DNA of 64,000 bases, taken from Antedon mediterranea. Lineage: Eukaryota; Animalia; Echinodermata. The translations under genes and the position numbers were made by a program. Every line of letters begins with the position of its first letter. Positions within the stretch are counted from its first letter, which is position 1. The DNA is taken from positions 10,650,795 to 10,714,794 of the forward strand of contig NC_092670.1 in NCBI RefSeq assembly GCF_964355755.1, written 5' to 3'. The notes under the pieces are model-generated. The model made no database searches and had not been told where the DNA came from. It worked only from the letters and a program-made list of their open reading frames with translations. Positions 54,388 through 64,000 of the stretch are shown in pieces.

Positions 54388-55583
54388 ACTAGAAAGCCAC
54401 TTCGAGAGTGCATACGTATCTCCGCCTACTGTAAAATTCTCCTACATAAGATTTCTCCGGGGATATATTTGTGTCTGTCTTAATGCTGTTTGTGATTGAG
54501 GCTAATTTCACAAGCATGTGTATGCGAGTTTGGTGTAATGGTTATGTAACAAGCCTTTCAATTAACAATAGCTTCAGTTAACATATTCCCCTTTTACACC
54601 AAAACTCCGGAGTGATTTCCGGAAACAACCCGGGGTTTATGACCGTTCAAAACGTCGAGAAACTCCGGATATACCCGTTCACACCAACCTAGCAACACCG
54701 GGGTTAATAAAATAAAATTGTAAATATCGCCCTCTATTTATTTGTTTATATAGCGACGATCATTAGAATCATTTTAATTGACAATATTTTTAATTTAATA
54801 ATTATTTTCAAAAGTCTCAGAAGTCATATAATGTTTTACTGTTACTACTTATTATTTTCTAGACCCGCTATATATTTTTTACAAATATTTAAAGTATTTT
54901 GAAATAATACTAATACAATGAGTGATCGTGTGAGGATGACCTAAAAACTCTGGAGTTTGATGTTGATACCTTTCACACCAAAACACCGGGGTGTCCCCGC
55001 AGTTAGCTCTCCGGAGATTGATCAGCTGTTCAAACCCGCAGTTTTAAACTCCGGAGTTGCTTGATTTTACCTTTCACACCGAGGCGTCAACTCCGGAGTC
55101 TCTCCGGAGTTTTGCTTTTGGTGTGAAAGGGATATAACAATAGAGCAGCAACGCGAAAATCACACGAGTGAATTTGAAAAGAAATAGGTTTTTTAAACTA
55201 ATCGCATCAAAAAAGGTGCACATTAAATCAAAAGATTATAAATCACAAATTATAATTCTTGCCTCTTGTACAAAAATGAAGTAGTTCTCACGAAAATGCA
55301 ATTTCAGTTTACTTGTTACTTTAAGACTGCTCGCCGGCTTTTGAAAAATTCTGTCCTATCTTTTAACACTAGCAGTGTTTGAAAAGTCTGAAAAGTATAT
55401 TAAAAAGTGGTCCAGAATTGGGACCATGGTCCCAAATGATCACAAAATGTAATGGAATGGTCCTTGACCACATATCTATCTGTATATTTATTTTGGTAAA
55501 TATCTGGTAATTACTTTTTGAGTAATCCTGCTAACAAACAAACACACGCGACGGATTACATATACCTCCTTGGCGGAGGTAAA
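54388..55583 (+). mobile_element. HINE/DINE-1-like element containing a nested MITE
   Basis: AAACTAGAAAGCCACT...TCTCCGCC at the start and (CAAA)n...ACCTCCTTGGCGGAGGTAAA hairpin/subTIR at the end. Confidence 0.7.
54586..55135 (-). mobile_element. Second copy of the CCCTTTCACACC MITE, inverted relative to 50071-50620
   Basis: Reverse-complement similarity over the full length. Confidence 0.85.
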
Positions 55584-58500
55584 CTAGATTTGAGCTTGTC
55601 ACTTAGTTAAGTTAAAACAACAGCAACAACAACAATCATGTTAACGTGTGTGCACGTTTGTGTTTGTGTGAATAACCTAAGCGACAGGTTCAACTCAAGT
55701 TAGCGTTAAGTAATGGAATGCAACGCAAGAACGTAAGCGCAATACAAGCAGTTGACCAATTAACAAGAGATAGTTCGAATAATCCATTGCTTGCGTTGCA
55801 TTATACATTTGCGTAGTTTGTATTTATCTCCATTTGACAATAATATTTCACCACTGCAATCAATAAGTTGTTCAATATTCAATATTCGACTCTTTAAAAT
55901 CTCTTTTAGATCATAAGACATGAGATAACTTAATAACATAATGTGATTTCCAAGAAGTTTCATATGTATATTTCTAATACAGACTGCATATTTATAATAT
56001 ATATGATGAAGATGTGTAACAAATACATTACTCTTTCAATCTCTTTTGATGATTGTTTACAGAACAAAAACAGCTACAACGATTTTCAAGCAACAATATT
56101 TAAAATGTCTTTCAAGTCAAGAATCATAATGGTATCACACTTTTCAAGATTGGAGGGTAAATCATTAGGGCGCAAATCCTATTAGGACGTTAGCGCAACG
56201 GATTATTCGAACTGTCGCTTGTCATTGGTCAACTCACGTTGTGTTTGCGCTTACGTCATTGCGTTGCGTCTTAGTTGGAACCATGCTTTAGGCTCAATGC
56301 TGACTAGATTTGAACTTCCGCGCAAACATAACGTGCACGTTAAAAATATGAACGCAGAGAAAATTGATTATACCATCCCTTGACCATTAATAAATATATT
56401 AAACGTGTTGAATTGTGTCTAGTCTGTGTCATATAGTATAAACAATACTACTACATTGTAGCATAGGTGAAATTAGGAACGCAGTTAAATTCAAATTTTT
56501 TTAATGATGTCATCAAAATTAAACATGAATATAACAATTTTGGAAGATAATTATCTGGAGATCGAAGAAATTCGGGAACATAGAAGCGAGATGTGCGCTC
56601 TTTAGAATGTGATGAATTATAACGATAAAGATGAAAATCCCTCTTTTTAAATTCAGCTCAACCATATATGATGACGTCATACCGATAGGCAGCAAAATCA
56701 TTTTATACATGAATTCGTATCTATTTCAATAGCATCTCTATTAATGATTTCCAAAATAATGTTGCATTTGTTGATTGTGCAAGGTAAAATTACAATGTCA
56801 TGTATTCAAATAGTATCCTAATAATGCAAGAAGTTTCGTTAGGTAAAAACAAACAGTACATTTTAGATTTAAAAGATGGCGGATTTTGTTGTGAATAAAA
56901 TGAAGATGTTTTTGTTTTGAACAATTTTATTTCATTCTAATAAACATTTATTTCCTTCCTTTTTTCTTTTTTTTAGAATCATGACGATATCATGTAAAAA
57001 AAGTTGAATGGATTATTGATTATGGATTGACGTGCGGCCGTCATACGAACATAGGTTGCGGGTAAAATTACCCACAAAACTGGCGATTTCAAATGTACGT
57101 ACCACCTATAATACATTGTCGTTTACAGAAACGAATAAATGATGATTTATGTAGTCAACTAAAATTAATACCATGGGAATTACTCCCGAAATAGAAACCT
57201 GTCACAAAATGAGTCCAAATGTTTGATTTGGACTCATTTAAACAAACCCAATTTGTGTTTTGTATGTAACATTATGGTTGAACGATGGGTACAAAGAGGA
57301 ACATTTTTAAAATAAATTCTTTACACTCAGTAACGAAATATTTGTTCATGTTTTATAGGCCTATAAAAATTATATCATTAAATACAGTAGAACATTTGCG
57401 ATTTAATACTTGAAGGATGGGTACAAAGAGAAACAATTTTTACATATACTCTTTATTCACTCAGTAACGAAACATTATGTTCATGTTTTATAAGCATATA
57501 AATATTACACCACTAAATACAGTAGAACATTTGTGAATTAATACTTTGTTAAAATCAGGGTTAAAACCCCACCATTCCTTTTACCGCAACTCCCCCCTCC
57601 CCCTTCTGACTTTGGGAATTTTTTTAATGTAGTTTAAAACCTTCACAGACAATTGCAGTCATTTTGATAGCCATGTATGGTTACGTGCAGAAACAGAAAT
57701 TTGTATAACGAACAGAAAAATACAAAAAGTGGAAAAAAGGTTGGGAATTTTGACCCATAACTTGTATTCAAGATGGCGGATGATGTTCAATACAGTTTAG
57801 AACCTTCCTGTACCATTATGGTAATTTTGATACCCCATATGTGTACAGTAACAACAATGTGTATAACTAACATACAAACATCAAAGTACAAGCAGATTCA
57901 TAAGTTAAATTCATACAAAAAGAATTGATCAAATTTTTGTTTTTTCTGAAAGTGATTTTTGACGCTAATACATTCAAAGTTGAATTTTGTAGTTGTTTAT
58001 TTGCTTTTTAATATTTATATACTTTTACCTTTACCTTGGAAAATACATTAGCATTCATCTTGTGTTTCCTTATGTCACTAATTTCTTAGATCAAAACCAA
58101 TATAATAAGATATATAATATGTAGGCCTACATTTATTGTAAGTTTTTATTTAATTTTTAATCATTTCAAAACAAGATTCAATTTAAAAACTATTGCAAAT
58201 ATCCATTGAAAATACTCCTAAAATTAGATTAAGATTTATGATTAGATATCAATTTGATTTTATTAATTAAAAACAACAATAATAATAATGTTACTATTAT
58301 GCATTTATTAGCATAGTTTTAAAATATTAATTAAATTCTTAATAAAATTAATAATTTTTTTACATTATATTATTTGGTATAATATTTAAAAATGATTAAT
58401 AACAACAAATTCATTGTTACTATATTATATACTTTAAAATTCAAAATAAAAAATTCCATATAATAAATTTTAAACAAATCACAGTTGATATGACATTGAC

Positions 58501-58631
58501 AATATATTGGTTATTAATGTTATAACATTTGGATTATTATAATAAAATAATTATTTAATGATAAGGCAAAATGATATTTAAAAGAAACAAAGAAGAATCT
58601 AAATTATTCAATAATTACAGATTCTGATTTG

Positions 58632-58863
58632 TTATGGTGCTCTTTTAACCATCATCCCTTCAAAAGCATTCCAGTTGATGCCTTTAGAATCATGTGTACC
58701 TGGTGTAAGGTAAAGCCTGTTCAGGTCTGAATCATGACAGCTTTTGTACCACCAACCACATTTGTCTAAGGCCTCTATCAAAAGTATACAAGTTGATGCC
58801 AGTGTAATCAGCTGTACCTGGTGTAAGGTAAAGCCTGTTCAGGTCTGAAACATGAACATTCTC
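58632..58863 (-). pseudogene. Two post-stop variant cassettes of the FReD binding loops (copy D)
   Basis: ENVHVSDLNRLYLTPGTADYTGINLYTFDR, then in a shifted frame GWWYKSCHDSDLNRLYLTPGTHDSKGINWNAFEGMMVKRAP*. Confidence 0.85.
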
Positions 58864-59114
58864 TTATGGTGCTCTTTTAACCATCATCACTGTCTTCTTG
58901 AGACTGTTGTAATTACTATGGAAATGATACCAGCTGGTGCTTGTCACATCATTTGTACCTGGTGTAAGGTAAAGGCCATTCAGGTTTGAATGATTACAGG
59001 CATTGTGCCACCAAGCACCTTTGTATAGCTCAGCACAGTTACTATGTCTATTCTTATCATTGTCTCTATCATACGTTGTAAATTGGTGACCATTGCTGTA
59101 TTCCAAAGAATCAC
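58864..59114 (-). CDS. Copy D FReD terminal exon (upstream exons lie beyond the window end)
   Basis: TTTAG acceptor; GDSLEYSNGHQFTTYDRDND...CAELYKGAWWHNACNHSNLNG...KKTVMMVKRAP*. Confidence 0.88.
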
Positions 59115-60564
59115 CTAAACAAACAAGATAATATTAGATCATCTTTAGTTTACTTCATAAAATCTTAAATTAACATTCATTTTAAAATATTTGTTTTTCT
59201 TTGTGTTATAAAATAAAAGATATTTGATATACAAAAAGGGAAAATAATAATATACAGTATACCCTAAAATTCGTAATATATTTTATAATTGATTTCATTT
59301 ATCTGTAAATTGTATGCCATAAATTAAATCATAGCACAATTATATAAATAGTTTTTTTTATATGTACTGTATATATATTTTTTATTAACTATTCTTATAT
59401 CATAGTTGCTTTATTTTAATATTTTATATATTTTGTTTTGTCATAGTTAATTTTACTTTAAAAGCAATGCATTTAATAATGAAGAAGAAAGAAGAAAACA
59501 CAAGTTATATGAAACTGTACTAGATTCACACTATGATTTTTAATTTCAATTTCTTTAACTTTATTTTGTGTACTTTTAAATCAGAGTGGTCCTTAGTTGT
59601 TATAACTGGCTCCTTTTTGAGGGACCACTGTCTAAAAAATAACTTTAATGTGCGAGTGGGCTATGTTATTGTAAGGTACAAGGAGGATTTTTACAACAAA
59701 AATTATTTTGGGTAGAGAATTCTATAATTCTGTAGTTACTGGCAGTAATTATATTTTGTTATATCTAACCTGTTTGTGCAATTATTTAGCAAGCTTGTTT
59801 GGATATTAATCATACATATACTGTTGCATTGACTGCCTCATAAATGCCTACTACATTAATCATACACATACTGTTGCATTGACTGCCTCATAGATGCCTA
59901 CTACATTAATCATACACATACTGTTGCATTGACTGCCTCATAAATGTCTACTACATTAAAACAAAAATCAGTAAATGTAGCTACTGCAGTAAATGCAGTA
60001 TAATAATTTTAACATGATCTATTGATAAGATAAGTTGTTGTACTGTGGGTATGTGAACATTTTAATAGATTCGTTTCAGGCCTGTAAGAAGGAATTGCGA
60101 AGTGGGAGGTCCATCCAAAAATGTACTTTATAGACAGTTTACATTCAAGATGATCACCTTTGGGCTTTACATTATATTTGAGAAGCGACATCAATTGATA
60201 ATCAAAAAGTATCAAATGATTATTATTTGTTGTTTAAACTTTTAAATATTGTGGTCTAATTATGACATGACTGGTGAAAACATGGGGCTATATGTCACAA
60301 AGGCGTAGAAGTTTTTTTTGCATGAGATTCACTTCAATATCATTATTAGAATTGTTTTGTTCCATTTTCAGATGTTTTTAGAAGCTTTTCTTTTAATGTT
60401 TGTCCAATTTCTTTAGCTTTAGTATGTTGCGTATACCGTTATTTTTAGTCCTACTGTATGGGCCTTGGCTATGATCCCGGATGTTTATAATATGGTGCCT
60501 TGTCAAGAAAAGCGGTCATCTATTTGACCTTTGTAATACAAAAAAATCAATATTTTTAAAAATT

Positions 60565-63500
60565 AATTTAAACGATCACAAAAGATCTGAAATATCTAAA
60601 GGTAACTTTACAGGTTTGATGGTCCTTGACATACAAAAGGCCTTTGATACAGTCAACCATCAGATATTATTGCAAAAACTGGTTCATATGGGCATTGATA
60701 AAGAAGAAAGATTGCAAACAAATGACATCAGTAAATGGCGTTCAGTCCCAACCATGTACTATATCTAGCGGAGTTCCCCAAGGTAGCATTTTAGGACCTC
60801 TTTTTTATGTTATATGCTGAAGATACAATATTGAAGTCCAAATCTGGCATCATGTAACAACTGGCTTATACTGTAAACAACAAACTATCATTACATCTTG
60901 ATAAAACTGAGTCAATATTTTTTGGTACTAAAAGAAAACTTAAGAATGTTCTTGATTTTGCTGTTATTTTTAAAACTAAGTTGATATGTAAGAAGAATAT
61001 GATCTCATATCTTGGTTGTTTGCTTGATGAAGACCTGTCTGGAGAATCTATGGTTCAAAAAGTTCTTGGTAAGAATAATTCAGGACTTAAATTTTTGTAT
61101 AGACATTCTGCATGTCTAAATTTCTTTTCTCGCAACATTCTATGCTCTGCACTCATTACCTGTCACTTTGATTATGCATGTTGCTCCTGGTTTCCAGCTG
61201 TTTCTAAAAAACTTAAACAAAGACTTCAAAACAGTCAAAATAAAGTTGCTAGGTCTATAAAATAAATATATAAATAATCGAGCACATATTGGTAAAGACG
61301 AACTGAACCAAATCGGTCAATTATTTTTAGAGGATAGAATTTGCCAACTCAAACTAAATCATGTTCATAAGATTTTTTATGGAAAATCTGTACCTTATTT
61401 GACTGAAAAGTTTAAAAGAGTTTCATCTAACCACCTTTATAGGACTAGAAGTAGTGTCAATGGTTTCAGTTCCTAAATCTGATAGTCAAATATCTCAAAC
61501 TTTTTATTATACAGGCAAAAAATATCCACAAACCGTTTCAGATTTTCACCAACTGTAAGTTAATCTTTGAGAAAATTCTTTCCGATTTTTTCACACTCGA
61601 TCCCAGGCCAACAATCGAACGGGCCCACCGAGATGGTAAAAGTATGAACGGTAAGCCAAGGCATATCATTGCCCGTTTTCTCTCATACGCTTCTAAGATT
61701 GAAGTTATGAAACAACGAAGTTCTGCGCTAGATAGCCAGAAATTTTATATCATAGATGATCTTACTGCTGCCGATCTACTGGAAAAAAAGAAATGGAGAT
61801 CACAAGTAAAAGAGATGTACAATAAAGGTACCAAGCTTCGTTTTACGGCTGGAAAATGGCGAACTTCAACTGGCATTCCGGTAAACTTTTCGAAATTCCA
61901 TTGAAATAGTTCCGGTAAACTTTTCGAAATTCCATTGCCATACTAGTGATCGGAATGTTGTTGTAAACACTTGGACTGACTAAGAATCTTTTATCCATTA
62001 TTTTCCTTTCATCTGCATACTTTGCTTAATTTGTACAAGCCACTTGATTGATTTTACATAATAATTTTACAATAGCGTTTTCAGGAGTCTGTTCTCACAT
62101 AATTGCATTGTCATAAGATGTTTAAATCACTTAAAACCATTTATTCACCTTTGTTTTATTGTTACCCCCCAATTCTTAACTTGTTTCTTTATATTTACGT
62201 TCTTATACTTTTCTGTTTTTACGTAACATTACCAGGCATCTTTTATTGCATACTATTGAATAAACTGATCACTACTTCCCAAAGCAGACCTAGTATTGAT
62301 TTATGTAAGCTCCCTACGTATTTACCTGCTAATAAACCCCCTAATGTAAAAGAATGGGAAATGTACAATCAATTAAGAAAAGTTAAAGTAAAAAAGTCCC
62401 CGGGCCCTGATAATGTGCCTAACAGATTAATAAGAGATTTTGCATGCGAACTAAGCATCCCTATGACTAATATCTTAAATGCCTCCCTCAGTGAGGGTCA
62501 TGTCCCAACTATGTGGAAGGATGCTATTGTTACTCCGGTTCCCAAAGAAAATGGTTGTACTAGGGTTGACAAATTTCGACCAATCTCACTTACATGTATC
62601 CTAGCTAAGGTAGCTGAGGGCTTCATTAAAAAATGGCTCTTAACAGATATCGAGAAAAATCTTGATAACAACCAATATGGTTGCCGTAAACACTTTTCTA
62701 CAACCCATAATTTGGTTGATCTACTAAATGTGTTCTATGAAGGTAGTAACATTCCCAAATCTGTTGGTCAGTTAGTTTTAACTGACTTTAGTAAAGCATT
62801 CGATTGTGTTGACCACACAATAGCAGTTTCTAAATTAGTAACACTTGGTTGTAGACAACAAGTACGCTATAAATCCACCTTATCAATGAGTGTTAATCTA
62901 ACATGTGGCGTCCCTCAAGGTACGCTCCTTGGGCCTATGATCTTTCTTGCTCTAATTAATGATGCCATGCAAGACTCGCCATGTAAAACTTTGAAATATG
63001 TAGATGATTTGTGCATAGGACAGATAGTAAAAAAGGATGTAATTTCCTCAATTCAGAATGATGTTGCTTTACTGAATGTATGGTCTAATGAAAACAAACT
63101 AAAACTTAACCCAACTAAATGTAAAACTATGTATTTTAACTTTCAAAGAAATCAATATGAACATGAACCCCTTTTCATTGGTAATGCTACAATTGAAATC
63201 GTTAATGAAACTAAGTTACTAGGTTTATGGATACAAGCTAACCTCAATTGGGACCGTAACGTTAAAGAAATTGTATCCAAAGCCAGCAGACGTCTGCATA
63301 TATTATGTAGATTAAGAAAGTTCAATCTTCCGAAATTTGATCTTGTAGATGTATTTAAGAGTTACATAAGACCAAGTGTTGAATATGCTGTCCCAGTATG
63401 GCATTCTAGTCTCACTAAGAAACAAAGTGATATGATAGAATCTGTCCAAAAAAGGGCTTGCAGAATAATATTGTGTAATGACTACATATGTTATGACCAA

Positions 63501-63995
63501 GCACTCAATGATCTTTCTTTAGACACTTTATCTGATAGAAGGCGTAATCTATGCTATAAGTTTGCTCTGAATTGTTCAAAAAGTATTCATTTTGGAAAAT
63601 GGTTTCCAGTGAAGAATGTAAGTAACATGAAACTACAGTAAGACGTGTAAAGTATCAACAACCCAAATGCAGAGTTGAAAGATATAGAAAAAGTGCAATA
63701 CCATACCTTATCTCGCTTCTAAATGAATAATCAGTATATATCACCCAGTACAGCTTTGCGATTCTTATTGATGCTTTTAGGTGTTTTTTTCTTTTCTATT
63801 TTAATATTTTAAGCTAAACTTTTTGAATGTTCCTGTATTGTATTTCTTGTGTAAATTGCCTCCTTTTTTATATTTTTTTATCATTGGTTTTGTACTTTTA
63901 TACAAATTTTAATATTGAACAAATGTAAATGTCTTTGTAATTCAGCTAAGGCTGCGATAATGATATTGAAATAAATGAAATGAAAAAAAAAAAAA
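60565..63995 (+). mobile_element. Duplicated block of three LINE fragments (RT fragment, ORF1 fragment, RT + tail) in the last intron of copy D
   Basis: Same lesions and junctions as 19020-22453. Confidence 0.9.
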
Positions 63996-64000
63996 TTATG

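Larger units (their letters stand above)
57567..64000 (+). repeat. Recent segmental duplication, copy 2 (partner 16141-22458); runs off the window end
   Basis: Near-identical sequence, including the LINE block at about 60565-63995. Confidence 0.95.

Overview
AT-rich (roughly 30% GC, by eye) metazoan genomic DNA. It is probably from a marine invertebrate deuterostome such as an echinoderm; this is inferred from the repeat and gene families only. The window is a birth-and-death tandem cluster of minus-strand, multi-exon genes for secreted fibrinogen-related-domain (FReD, ficolin/tachylectin-5-like) lectins, associated with signal-peptide + PAN/apple exons. Four copies (A-D) and at least two relics are visible, with conserved FReD exon sizes of 137, 262 and 251 bp. 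The main signal is that copies B and D lie in a ~6.3 kb duplication that is about 99% identical in introns and dead LINEs, yet their terminal ligand-binding exons differ at 24 of 251 nt. All 24 differences fall in 17 amino-acid-changing codons, none is synonymous, and they cluster in the ficolin-type binding loops. Variant partial copies of those same loops sit directly behind the stop codons. The rest is mobile DNA: a Gmr1-like Gypsy retrotransposon (IN before RT) with its 3' LTR, a second LTR with a tRNA-Glu-type PBS, several LINE fragments (CR1/L2, RTE, RTEX-like), a Helitron with a paralogous empty site, HINEs, MITEs and minisatellites. All counts and alignments were done by hand.
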